DNA from: Auanema rhodensis
Lineage: Eukaryota > Animalia > Nematoda
Direction of reading: 5' to 3'
Length of the DNA stretch: 64,000 nt
NCBI GenBank assembly: GCA_964057225.1
Contig: OZ059895.1
Coordinates: forward strand, 16,492,001 to 16,556,000
Positions 52,166-64,000 of this stretch are shown here, piece by piece. How positions within the stretch are numbered: position 1 is the stretch's first letter; each line of letters begins with the position of its first letter. The notes beneath the pieces are model-generated. The model was not told the origin of the DNA. It made no database searches and was given only the letters and a program-made list of their open reading frames with translations. A program made the translations under genes and the position numbers.

Positions 52166-53853
52166 CAATTCTTTTTCGGCCAACGATGTTTTTTCAAAAT
52201 TGATGAGTTAAAGAATTTATGCCATAAAATCATCCCGTGTTTGTGGTGGTGGCGGCGGCTTCATCATCCTCATCATCGTCGTTGTCGTCGTCGTTTTTTT
52301 TGGCGCCTGCGCCTGCATGCCGAAAACAAAAAAAAAACAAATAAATAAACATCTATTTGTCGATTTTTGTTTTATTTTTCTTTTTTCTCTGTGTGTGTAT
52401 ATGTGAAAACTATTCATTTGCTGTCGTTCAAGAGAAATGAAACTATAGCCTATGTTCATCCACCAACAGAAATTGAGATAATTTCAGTTATTTTTTTCTG
52501 ATGAAAAAAGTCCTACAACTCTCTGACTGTCACTTTCGTACATACACATGCATGATCTTTTCTTCTTCTTCTTCTTCATCGTCGTCGTCGTCTTCTTCTT
52601 CTTCTTTTTTTCTATTTTTTCGTCTTCATTCCATCTTTTTTTTGTTCTCTCTTTCTTTCCTTTTTTAATTCATACTAATCTTCTTCATTTCATATATATG
52701 CGGGAGTATATAACAATATAATTTTTTTTCATTAATTATATCATATAGTATATGTGTATGTATGTATATAATATCAGTTTTCTGTTTCTTTTCCTTTTTT
52801 TTTCTCTCATCATCTAACACAGCCTTGGCCACCCTTCTACTTCTTCCTTCCTTCCCTCCCTCCCTCTCTCTCCTCCCTCTTTCTCCCTTCTATATATGGA
52901 TGTACTACAAATTAAGCTGAAACCCTGAGGGCTAACGATGAAAAAAGAAGAACAAGGAGAAGAATAATATAAAAAAAAAAGATTTTAGAAGTTTCCTAAC
53001 ATATGAAATGAAAACGTGTTGGCGTATTAAACCTATAATGCTTCGACTAGTACATATTTCGGAAGAATAATTTTCTATATTCATAGTGCTGCTGCTGTTG
53101 CTGTTGCTGTTACGGCTTGTGCTATAATGCTACTGCTTTTTGCTGAGCAACTTTATAACTTATTAAAGCTATATAGTTTATATAGCTATTCAACTAACTA
53201 TATATGCTCCATTTTTCTAGTTCCTGGCATGTTACTAAAAAAGGACATATAATATATTACATTTACGGATAGATATTTCCTTTTCTTTCGTGCTTTCCCG
53301 TCTAATACCTGCCCAACTTCGGCTTCTGCTGCCCAGCAACCGGATTGAACTAGCTTTGTCCGTGGGGGTCTGTGCAAGAGCTTCTTGTTGCTGCTCCCAA
53401 CCTAAGCAAGCCTTTTCCCTTCACCCACTCTCTGTCTCTCCTACTCTCCTTCTCTCTTTCGTTTTCTTCCCTGTAATGTTCTCTCTTTGTGACAAGCTTT
53501 CCCTCTGTATTTCTCTCTTCTCGTCGTTTACTCTCAACTCATCCTCTTAATTCGACATGTGCAAGATAGGGAATGATAGAAAAAGAGAGAGAGGGGGAGA
53601 GAGAAACCGAGGGAGAGTATGTGAATGAAAAAAAGGAAAAGGAGAAACCTAAAAGACGTTCAAGAAGCTGACTAATTGTGTCTGTTGTGCTTCTACGTCG
53701 TCATTAGCTTTGCTCGTCGAAGGTTCATTCAATCATTCCTCATTCCTTCTGTGTGCCAATGTGCCTTTTTTAGTTTTTATTCTTTTAAAAGCACAACAAA
53801 CCACAAACATGTTTGTCGTATTTCATATGGTGCTCTCTCCCTTCCCCTTCCAC

Positions 53854-53885
<32 letters not shown>

Positions 53886-56210
53886 CATTTATCTCATATA
53901 CATATATACCTATTCTCTTCATTTTATTCCTCTTTATCTGCCTTCCTCTCTATCCTCAAATGTTCACATTCTCTAGCCTACGTTTCCCTTATTCTCTTTC
54001 CTATTCACCTCTCTTTGTTAGTTTTCCATTTCCCTCCACCCAGCTCTCCCCTTCCCTTCTACTTGCTCTACTTACCTTTCTCTCTCCCTCTCCCTCTCTC
54101 TCTCCCTCTCCCTCTCTCTCTCTTAATATATATATATATATATATATATCATCATGTTTATCAACTATTCCTTCTTTCACTCTCAGTATTACTCCTATCA
54201 TAACCAAAATTATCAGAAAAGCTGTGAATAAAGCAAAAATTACTGATACAGAAACTAAACAAGAATAATAAAGTGAATGAGAGTTGAAGAGGAAAATAGA
54301 AAGAAAACATGTTAAATAGTTTGGGTGGAAAAGCTCAACTGGCACTTCTCTTTTTCTTTTCCACGTCTCACTCAATCTCTTTCTCCTTCTCGTCGTCTTT
54401 TGATTTCTTCTGACACTTCTTGACAAGCTGTTAGCTACTCTTCTTCCGACCTATCGTTCCCATTGAATATTGATTTCATTTGTGTGTCTCAGCTTGTTGT
54501 TGTGACGTTTTATTTGTGTCTGTGTATGCCTGTCTAGGCCTCAATGATTTTACTTAATTCAAGGTAAAAGCTGATTATCTGTCTTTCACAGCCAACCTCA
54601 CTTTATCCTGTCTGCTTACCTCCTAATATTCTCTGACTCTCTCTCTCTCTTTCTCTCTCTGTATCTGATTAGTTAGTTATCTCCGTCTTATCTATATTAT
54701 ATTTATATTTTTTTATATTATAATCTTCTTTCAGTTTTGTATTTATTAAATTTATTTATATATTTCTTTTTAAAAATTGCCACTTAGTTTGTGGCAAATT
54801 AACCGAATCCATTCATTCATTCTTCATTTTGCTCATCTTCGAATGCTCTCTAAGTTCTTATTTACAACTAATTCTCTAATAATTGTTATAACTTTATTGA
54901 AAAGCAACTTGCTTATAGTTCACTGAAACTATAATTTCAAGCATTTATTGTTTTTTTTTCATAATTTACACTTAGAGCATACACACAACACACACACATG
55001 CACACACACATACTCACTCACATTCACCAGCTGAAGAAGCAAAAACACAACCGTTCATCTGTTGATCGAAACTAAAAATAAAAGAAAAAAATCAATTAAT
55101 GTGATTCGCTAACAAGCTGCTCTCACGTCATTATGTGCCATTTTACATGACTTATCTAGACATATAACTATATTCTATTCATTCTTTATCTTCAAAAATA
55201 TTTATAATTACTATAATTATTCATTTTTATATATTATTTATATTTACTTTCTATATGTGATATGTATTATAATATTATATGTTCATTTCATACTTTTATT
55301 CTCTTTTACTTTTTTCAAACAATCCCTCTCTCCCTCTCTCTCTCTCCCCCCCCCCCTACTTTCCCATACAACTTTTTGATTCTTTCGTTTCATTTTTTCT
55401 CTTCTTCTTTCTTTTTTCTTATTTATTCTTCTTTTTATTTCATGAAAAATTGTTTTAAAGTTCACCTGTCCCATCATTTCATTGTCAAATGATCATTAGT
55501 TATCTTGACCAGGACTTGTATTGATAAGCCTCCTTCATCAACGTTTTTAAATTTAACATGAAGCCCGCCGTTTATAGGCAAAACCATTCAAATTCAAATA
55601 TTTTTCCTTTCATGAATTGTTTATTAATATATTATTCATATTATATACTATTTTCTCATAATTTTCTTAATAATATTCACATGAAATCATATTTGTAAGA
55701 TGCAACTAGCACTGCCAACTCCCTTTATTCTCTCTCTCTCTCTTTTCTTTCTCTCTTTCTATCTCTTGGTCGTTCTTGTTACCTTACTGACTTCTCCCTC
55801 TCATTCTTTTGCTATTCCACTTCCGTTAATTTCTGCATTTCTTGCTCATCCTCGTTCGTTTTTCTGGTTTTCACGTCGTTTCCTCTGTGTATTTTTATAT
55901 TCTTTTTGAACGAGCCTATCGAACAAAAGTCAAGCACTAACGGCTTGATCACATTGTGCTGCTGCTGTTGCTACTGCTGCTGCTGCTCTGCAGGTGCAAT
56001 AGATTCAGAATACTCTATCGTTCTACTTCCTCTCATCTATGTTATTCTCTTCATATTCTTATGTTTCATGTTCATATCGTGATATCCACTTATTATATCG
56101 CATATTTGAAACCGTTCTCATCGATTTATGTCGGCGTTTCCGTCTTGTTTCGTTATCGTTTATGCATTTATTTCTTCTTTTTCTTACAATATTTAATTAT
56201 TATGGCATCT

Positions 56211-56219
56211 TTCTTCCAG
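56211..56219 (+). promoter_or_regulatory. Splice acceptor 55 nt upstream of the goa-1 ATG (likely SL trans-splice site)
   Basis: T-rich tract ending TTCTTCCAG with no obvious partner coding exon upstream. SL trans-splicing is standard in nematodes. Confidence 0.55.
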
Positions 56220-56274
56220 GAAAACTCGTGCTCATCTGCGATAGTGTGAGGCGCCGGACTGCGCTGTTCTCAAC

Positions 56275-59200
56275 ATGGGGTGCACCATGTCGCAGGAGGA
56301 GCGCGCAGCGCTCGAACGGTTCGTGCAATTTTTCTTTTTAAATATTTTTTTATGTTGCTGATTGATTTGAAATAAGACATATTTCAATGTGAAAATTACA
56401 TTTTCCATAAATTTCTGATTATTGTGACTTATGTACATGAGTATATTTGGGTAGGCATACACATAGAGTGCAGCGAAAGTGAGAAGCTTCGAAAAGGGTG
56501 GGGGGGGGGGGGAGATGATTTTAATCCACAAAAAAGGATAGCAAAGCATGTAGTGCAGTTGATGCTTAGCTAGCTGTCTAGGCTAGGTTGTCACTAGCCA
56601 ACAAGCTGCTACAGCTTAATGACCTAAGCTACTTTGCGTGTTTCTCGATTTAAAGCAATGTCTAATGTGCTTAGAGCATAGAATAGCCTATTTTGAATTT
56701 GAATTGATCCAGCCCCAATGAGAAGCGTGTAGTGTATTAGCCAACGTTTTCATACAAAAGACAATTTGTTTCATCTTGTTATCTTTTCAGATCAAGAATG
56801 ATTGAGAAAAATCTGAAAGAGGACGGCATGCAAGCTGCTAAGGATATCAAGCTTCTCCTCTTAGGAGCTGGAGAGTCAGGAAAATCAACCATTGTCAAGC
56901 AGATGAAGTAAGATTTTTTGATTTTGCTCTCCTTTTCACATTTCTTATAACTTTGTTTCCAGAATTATTCACGAGTCCGGATTCACGGCAGAAGATTATA
57001 AGCAGTATAAGCCAGTAGTTTACAGTAATACTGTCCAATCTCTCGTCGCTATTCTTCGTGCCATGACTAATTTGGGTGTTGGCTTTGGTGCATCCGAAAG
57101 AGAGGTACGATAGATGAAACGCATCACTTTAACCATTGAAATTATTTTTATTTTCTATTTAAATTGCTTATATTAAGTATGATTACTTGCTCAGTTCATT
57201 TAATTTAATCCATCTACTCTGTTAGACGATGATGATGGTGATGATGATGATGATGAAGGCGAGCACGAAGCTGACTAACTGGCATTCATGATGAGAGTGA
57301 TGAGGATGATGAACTCGCTGATGATGTAATTGAGAATAATCTGCATATCGTCATCACAATGATCATCTGAAAACCATCAGAATTCGTTATCTTGCCATCA
57401 GACAGCATATCCTCAATAGCCAACTGATTTGTTTTGTGACGGAAAAGGCGAATATTTAAGAGAGACGAGATGGCAACAGAAAAATTTAATTTTCTGTTGT
57501 GGCTAGGGATTAACGACGTCTTCGGCAAGCTGACAACATTTCGATTGGCCAATCAGAATTTAACAGAGTGAAGGGTTTAAAGCAATGGAGAGTTGAAAAA
57601 AACAGAGAAAGGGGAAGAAGATGATGAATTAGACATCAAGAGTATGGAAGAGACATGCTGTGAGAGGGGTATTGGAGAAAGAGAAAGAGAGAGAATATGA
57701 TGGAAGGCACGAAGAGTGCAAAAGTAAGCTCGGAAGTATTGTAAAGTAGATTTTTTTACTCATTTTGTGGCTGGTTCCACTCCGCATATGTTCGAATTAA
57801 CAAAAGAAAAGAGAAAAAGAGATTGCTTGGGATGAGGGTTAATACAATTAATTTGCTGTTCATAGACGAGCATTCTGGGACATTATTCAGATGCACATTA
57901 CAGAAAAAATGGCAACAGAAATGCAGATTGAAGAAATATTACATATTTACGAGAGAATTAGAGAGAATTGAACAAATTACCAAAGGGTGACGAGGAGATA
58001 TTAAGTAACTCGTAAACTTGAATAAGCTTTATGATCTAAAGTCTGCTGACTATATGGCTGGCAATGTTACAACACATACGTACAGCATGCTCTATTCAAC
58101 ATGAAAAATCTTCTTATTTTCTGTTAATATGGCGAAGAAGAGAGATGATTTTCTCCAAATATGCAATGTGAACTATAATAAGTCAGAGCAGCAGATGAAT
58201 CAATTAGAGCTAAGTAGTTCGAAGCTGAGCACAACACATACACAGAGCACAAAAAAAAGTTTTATTTCCCCAATGAGCAAGATTTTCTTCTTTTTTCTTT
58301 TTTTTTTTGACGAAAAATGTTTGAGTAGGTGGGAAAAGATTAATTCAATTCGGTTTCATCTGCCTCTTATTATTTTAATTTGTTTCAGATTGATGCTAAG
58401 TTAGTAATGGATGTTGTCGCTCGTATGGAAGATACTGAACCATTCTCAGAAGAATTACTAGCTGCCATGAAGCGACTGTGGGCAGATAATGGTGTTCAGG
58501 AATGTTTTGCTAGGAGTAACGAATATCAGCTCAATGATTCAGCCAAATAGTAAGTTTTTAAAAATGCATTTAGACATTGGAAACATTGTTGAAGCCTTAA
58601 GAACGGCTACATTAGAAAGAAGGAGAAAAGGGGAGGAAGACAGAAAAGGATGTAACTGGCTTGTTAGGAAGGTTTAATTCCATTGCTGCAGCAACATCTT
58701 TTTGCAATTCGAATTTTCTTCAAGCCATGTTAAGCTGCGAATTTGGGTGATGCGACATGAAAACTTCAGTCGTTTCAACGAATATCGGTAGCATTACAAA
58801 TAGTTAAAACAAATAATTGTTACAATGAAATTATGCTGATAATACATATAATAGAGTTAAACGATTTATTTGAAAAACTAAGAGAGACAGGCTTAGAGGT
58901 GCATTTAACAGAAAATAGCCAAGAGAGGAAATATCATTTATCATGAATATTACGAATATGGCAGAACTTTCAGTGAAGATATAGCTTAATGATCTGTTTC
59001 TGGAAGCATAAACTGAAAGAAGTTCATATCTCTCTTTCTTCAATTTCTAATCGTTTGCTTCATATCGTTTACACGTGAAAGTCACGCATACACGTGGGCG
59101 TCCACGACGTTGTTTACGTGAAACTGTATTTGTAGCTTCACGTGGACATGCCTATCGGTTGATGCTTCGTTTTTTCTTGTTTTATTTTATTTTTTAAGCC

Positions 59201-61553
59201 CTCGTTATAAGCTAGATGTCTCCCACTCGAATTCATTTTATTTTTTTTTGGATGCACGAAAGAGGGGGACACCAAGATGCAAAGATCTCAAACACGCTGT
59301 GTGGTCTGGTTTCTGGCATTGGATTACAAATCCCTCATTGAGCTCCTTTTCGCAAAATCTTGAAACTCTCGTATTTGGCCAAACTATTTCGTAATCGCTC
59401 TCAGCTCTGCTTTTTTCGAGAATTTCAACTTGAAACAACAGCAGCTTTGATCATTTACTAGTCATAGAAGAGAAGAGCAGAAAAAACCACTTTCTGTAGG
59501 TCTTACTGCTGTAAGAAGGGAGAGAGAAAGGGAAGGAGGGAGAATAGAAGATAATTTTCAGAAATATCTTAATATATTAATATTTCTATGACAACAATGA
59601 CATTTTTCAGCTTCTTGGATGATTTGGAGCGATTAGGAGAATCTACGTATCAACCCACTGAACAGGATATTCTTAGGTATGTTCAATACAAGATTAACTT
59701 CTTTTAATAGAATATAACAATATTCTTTTCATTAGTAAACATCTATATCTATATTTCTTTATTTCAAATTTATTTGTTTTCTTTTCAGGACTCGAGTAAA
59801 GACAACCGGTATCGTTGAAGTGCACTTCACTTTCAAGAATCTCAATTTCAAGTAAGTATTATAACTTGAATATTACGTAAAAGCTTAAAAGCCTAAAACG
59901 ATATTATTGTGAAAAATGAATTTGAATTAACAAAAACTATATTTCAGACTATTTGATGTTGGAGGTCAACGATCTGAACGAAAGAAGTGGATTCACTGCT
60001 TCGAAGATGTAACAGCTATAATCTTCTGCGTTGCTATGTCGGAATACGATCAAGTTCTACACGAAGATGAAACAACTGTATGTTTATCCGCTTATCACAA
60101 GCCAATCATTCAAATCTCATTAATCTGTGACCTGTATCTACCTAGTATACTATCTCAGATCCTAATGACTTTCAAACCAAACATTCCAAGCCGTCTGCAG
60201 TTGGCTGAAAAAAAAATTTTCTGCTTTTGTTGAGCAAAAATTGGTTGCATGACGGATAAATAATGTTTTTGGTTTCAATGAAATAGGGCTATTTGGTCAC
60301 AAATTAATTTGCCGTATCTTTATACACTTTCTCTCAATTTTCTTTCTCTTCTACTATATTTCTCTCTTTTTCTCCATTTTTCTTCAATTTTTTAAATTTA
60401 TTACTTCGCTAAAGGAGCAAAAATGACGGAAATTCATAAAAAAGATAGAAGAATAGGAAATGCCAAAAGTTTATGAAGCTTGAAAAGCCAAGTAGAAGTT
60501 CAAATCTAACTTAATCAACATGAAGGGGAACATTACTAACTGAAAAATTTTAATGATATCAGTCAATTTCAATATTTTCAGAACCGTATGCATGAGTCTC
60601 TCAAGCTTTTCGATTCGATATGCAACAACAAATGGTTTACTGATACTTCTATCATTCTTTTCTTGAACAAGAAAGATCTGTTCGAAGAGAAGATCAAGAA
60701 GAGTCCTTTGACTATCTGTTTCCCTGAATATACCGGTAAGTCAAACTTTGATATTTTCTCTCGTCCTCTCTTTCTCACAATCATCATTTGATCGATTTCG
60801 AACTCATGCGTTTTTGACATAAATCGATTCTCTCATATGTTAAGCTTTAGTTATTGATGCACAACTGATCGTAAATATTTTTTTGTCGCTGAGAACACTA
60901 TTTTCATGTTCGCCTAATATCTTTATTATTAAGAAGATAGATCCTCATGTCCTCAATGTGCCAAACGCTCGAACCAACTGACATCTGGAAGAGAAAATAT
61001 AGTTTTCTCTCTGTCTTTATTTTTTTAGAAAACAAAAAGCAAAACTTATTGGTTTAAAAGAGAAACGCATTTTTTTTTGGTAAAAAAAAAACATAGAGCA
61101 GCTTAATGTATGAACTGAAGTTCAAAAGATTCCGTCGCCCCCATTTTCGTGTCAAGACCATATTGCCACGGAATTCATACTATTCTTATAGCTTTTAATT
61201 CCTCTTTTCTCATCGGTTCAATTGTTGTGCATGAAATGAACTTAACAAAAATGATTCTATTGTGACATTTGGAGCCAATGATTCTTCGACTACTAATCTC
61301 TCATCAATTTTAGGTCGGCAAGATTACCATGAAGCTTCTGCATACATTCAGGCTCAATTTGAAGCTAAAAACAAGTCAGCCAATAAAGTAATAAATCAAA
61401 TAAAAATATATTTTCTTTACTTAATCATCTTAATTACAGGAAATTTATTGTCACATGACATGCGCTACCGATACGACGAACATTCAATTTGTATTTGATG
61501 CCGTGACAGATGTAATCATAGCTAACAATCTTCGTGGATGCGGACTTTACTAG
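56275..61553 (+). CDS. goa-1: Heterotrimeric G-protein alpha subunit G(o), 354 aa, 10 coding exons
   Basis: Exons 56275-56318, 56791-56907, 56963-57104, 58389-58549, 59611-59676, 59789-59851, 59948-60077, 60582-60735, 61314-61387, 61440-61553 total 1065 nt. Motifs: [53 protein letters not shown]-terminal NNLRGCGLY. Confidence 0.99.
59072..59144. promoter_or_regulatory. CACGTG cluster in goa-1 intron 4
   Basis: CACGTG at 59072, 59091 and 59139; TACGTGAA at 59115. Confidence 0.5.
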
Positions 61554-62446
61554 AACCATTACCCAGTTTCTATTGTCCAAGCTACCGTCATTCTATCTAT
61601 TAAAGTCGCGATTCCCTTTTTTAGTTTCGAAGTTCCAATTTCGATATATTCTCGGTTCCTCCTGGAGAGGGATATGCACGAGCTTTTTGTGGCCGTCCCC
61701 GTCTCTCTCATTCTCTTAAATCCATTGAACCTTTCTACATTTTAATTTCCTTTCTGCCTAGGCTGTCACACTGCAAAGCTATATGTTGCAATCTATTAAC
61801 TATACATATATTTTATTTTCCATATAAGCACATTGCTCCCCCTTCTCCCTGTTCTACTTCTTTTTCTTCTTCTCTCCCCTTTCAATCTCTCTTTCTGTCG
61901 CTCCCTGTATGATTTCTTTTCTTAACTTCTCCCTGGCCTACGCACTGATGCACATTACATGATACCATTTCTTGTATTTATGTTTGTTGCAGCTCCATAA
62001 TTCTTCTTTGGCACTCTCCCGTGATCTTTGTACTATTTATATATTTAACAGTATTCAGTGTTAATTATATTACAGTAATTGAACTGTATTCCACACAACA
62101 GCAGAACCTAGTCAATTTCTTCCATTTTTATGTGCTCCAGAGCTCTCTCTTTCTCTCTCAAAATATAATAACGCTTTAATATCAAGTTCCGTAGATGAAG
62201 TTTAATTCTCCGGCTTCAGTTCTTAAGGTAATTTGTATTGATGTTTTGCATTAGCGACTAAATCGAGGCAACTTTCTCTAGTCTTTGATATATTAGAAAC
62301 GTTGCGTTCGTTTCACTCAAATTTTCTCATTCTCCCTCATTTCTATCGGTTTTGCGCCCTACTATCCTTGTTTTCCTCTTATTCTAGCGCATAGTTCTTA
62401 TGCGCACAATTATTATCATATATAATATATTATTTTATAATTATTG

Positions 62447-62452
62447 AATAAA
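62447..62452 (+). terminator. Candidate goa-1 polyadenylation signal (~900-nt 3' UTR)
   Basis: AATAAA followed by a T-rich stretch, at the end of a pyrimidine-rich UTR-like segment. Confidence 0.55.
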
Positions 62453-62688
62453 GTTTGTTTTGCTCCTAATTGAGATTATCTTGTATAAATCAAAAATATA
62501 TAATCAGTATAGTCAAAGCGTATTGAAAAAAATTTAACTTGGTGTAGAAATTGAAATTAAATATTAAAAAATATATATATATTTATTTATTTATATTTAT
62601 ATATATAATAGTTAAAAGCAAGTTTTCACAACATGATTCAAATTAGTGTTCCCCAAATTAAAACAAACATTCTAAGCTAGTATACATA

Positions 62689-62815
62689 GGCCGAGACGAG
62701 TTTTCTCTCCAGAACGTACTGGCCTACCAAGCGCCCAGTTAAAGGGCGGTGGTCAAAAGGTCCCGCATCGATTGTCTTGGTACCTCTTAGCCGTGACGTC
62801 ACGATGTTGTCACTT
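62689..62815 (+). promoter_or_regulatory. GC-rich promoter-like island with a CRE palindrome upstream of the MATH gene
   Basis: Local GC/CpG enrichment. Perfect palindrome CGTGACGTCACG at 62792-62803, ~210 nt before the acceptor at 63010. Confidence 0.5.
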
Positions 62816-63016
62816 GAATCGATCGATTTTTATTTTATATTTATTTTTTTTAACGCTCGTACGAAGGCAAGAATTATTCAAGCTCACGATAATAACTAAT
62901 CTGAAATGCAGTTTTAAATTGTCAAACTAATTCTCAAAAGATTCCCAAAAGTAACTTTGTAATTCGTATAAAGCTCTTTCCCAATATTAATTGCCTATCT
63001 GTTATTTTAGAAGTGT

Positions 63017-64000
63017 ATGGAGGGTGATCTTATATATCCTCCTATTGTTATTGGGGCCATTGAAGATATTCGACATCCTCCAGAGGTAGAAATAAGACGT
63101 CAACCTGAGATAGAAGCTAGACGTGCAGTCTTTGAATTAGATCATGCACGTCGTGCGATTTTAGAACGAAACGACAGTATTGCTGGCGATATATCACAAC
63201 AGAGTGGAGCTTCCGTTAATCGTTGTAAGTTATAAATATATTGAACTCATTTAATAAATATTTTACTCTTAGCCGATTCAGCACTATTTTCATCAAAGTT
63301 TAATAACCGGCAAAGAGACCACGAATGTGTAACTCATGTTGATCCTATAATTTTACATCAAAGATGGACTGTAAGTCAAAAAAAAAGATAATCATTGGTA
63401 TATATATTTATATATATATATAACTTTAGATAGCTAATTTCAACTCTCTTATCAAACTATCAACCCCTGGAAGCTGCCTACGGAGCTCGGTTTTTAGGTT
63501 AGTGATAATGTTAATAAAGACAAAAATACTTTTTTTATCAATTGTAGAGATCCTGGTCAGCCTCAATCATGTTGGCAATTATGTATTTACCCAGGGGGAA
63601 AGCGGCAAGAAAACGCTGAAAATGTATCCCTTTTTCTTAAAATGTCATCTACAGTTCCCAATAAAGAGGTGCCTAACATTTTTCATCAAATCGTGCATGA
63701 TTTTTTATAATTACAGGTCGTAGTCAAAGCAGAGTATCGTTTCTATTTTCTTGATGATAACGAGAAACCTCGCTTTACAAATGTAAATGTTGGAGATTTT
63801 CACGCTAAACCACCTAAAGGTGGTCACAGTTGGGGTTTAAGAAATATCCCCAAACAAAAGGCTTGTCTCATAGCTTAAGCACGTGATTAATTTAATTCTT
63901 TTAGGTATTGAACAGTATCAGATCTGATAATTCATTAGTAATCTCATGTATCATTGAATTAATGCCAGATGTATCTCGCATACCTTGTAAAAGAATTAAC
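63017..64000 (+). CDS. bath-40: MATH-domain protein (probable BTB/MATH Cul3 adaptor), 5' part; runs off the window
   Basis: Exons 63017-63224, 63273-63370, 63430-63497, 63548-63668, 63717-63860, 63905-end. Translation HQRWTIANFNSLIKLSTPGSCLRSSVFRDPGQPQSCWQLCIYPGGKRQENAENVSLFLKMSS...KAEYRFYFLDD...FHAKPPKGGHSWGLRNIP is a MATH domain. The symbol rests on recalled similarity to C. elegans BATH-40; the BTB domain would lie outside the window. Confidence 0.85.

Larger units (their letters stand above)
23340..56200 (+). repeat. ~33 kb gene-free region dominated by (CT)n and other polypyrimidine microsatellites upstream of goa-1
   Basis: Dozens of (CT)n tracts, nearly all pyrimidine on the + strand, plus (CA)n, (TA)n, (CAT)n and (CTA)n. 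ORF-track hits here translate to SLSL/ERER low-complexity strings. No spliceable coding model found. Confidence 0.85.

Noticed and set aside
23340-56200. Alternative coding first exon (second MGC N-terminus) of goa-1
   Set aside because: I saw no MGC-type start followed by a compatible donor, though a by-eye scan could miss one.
23346-56249. The many 60-213 aa ORFs in the ORF track
   Set aside because: They translate (CT)n/(GA)n/(CA)n microsatellites (SLSL, ERER, THTH), which lack stop codons by construction. No domain motifs or consistent splice structure.
57286-57372. Box C/D snoRNA candidate in goa-1 intron 3 (ATGATGA...CTGA)
   Set aside because: The C-box matches arise from a (GAT)n microsatellite. 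No convincing terminal stem or rRNA guide recognised.
62689-62815. tRNA or other Pol III RNA in the GC-rich island
   Set aside because: No cloverleaf or A/B boxes could be built. Its position fits a promoter for the MATH gene.

Overview
This is eukaryotic, AT-rich DNA, almost certainly from a nematode: TTTCAG-type acceptors, 40-50 nt introns, serpentine receptor genes and a GOA-1 nearly identical to the C. elegans protein as I recall it. From left to right: (1) ~5.5 kb of decayed, intronless coding-like sequence of unknown origin. (2) Four tandem minus-strand Srt-family chemoreceptor genes with a patchwork gene-conversion pattern. (3) A plus-strand 8-exon gene, absent from the ORF track, that splices into an intact 193-aa stand-alone Penelope-type GIY-YIG endonuclease with no reverse transcriptase; this is the most interesting find. 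(4) A convergent serpentine GPCR gene with two candidate N-terminus+TM1 exons. (5) A ~33 kb gene-free region packed with strand-polarised (CT)n tracts. (6) The complete 10-exon G-alpha-o gene goa-1. (7) The 5' part of a MATH-domain (bath-40-like) gene. Across genes and intergenic DNA alike, clusters of CACGTG/TCACGT recur every ~3-7 kb, three of them beside an exact 14-mer AACACAACCGTTCA. All gene models were spliced and translated by hand; no database searches were run.
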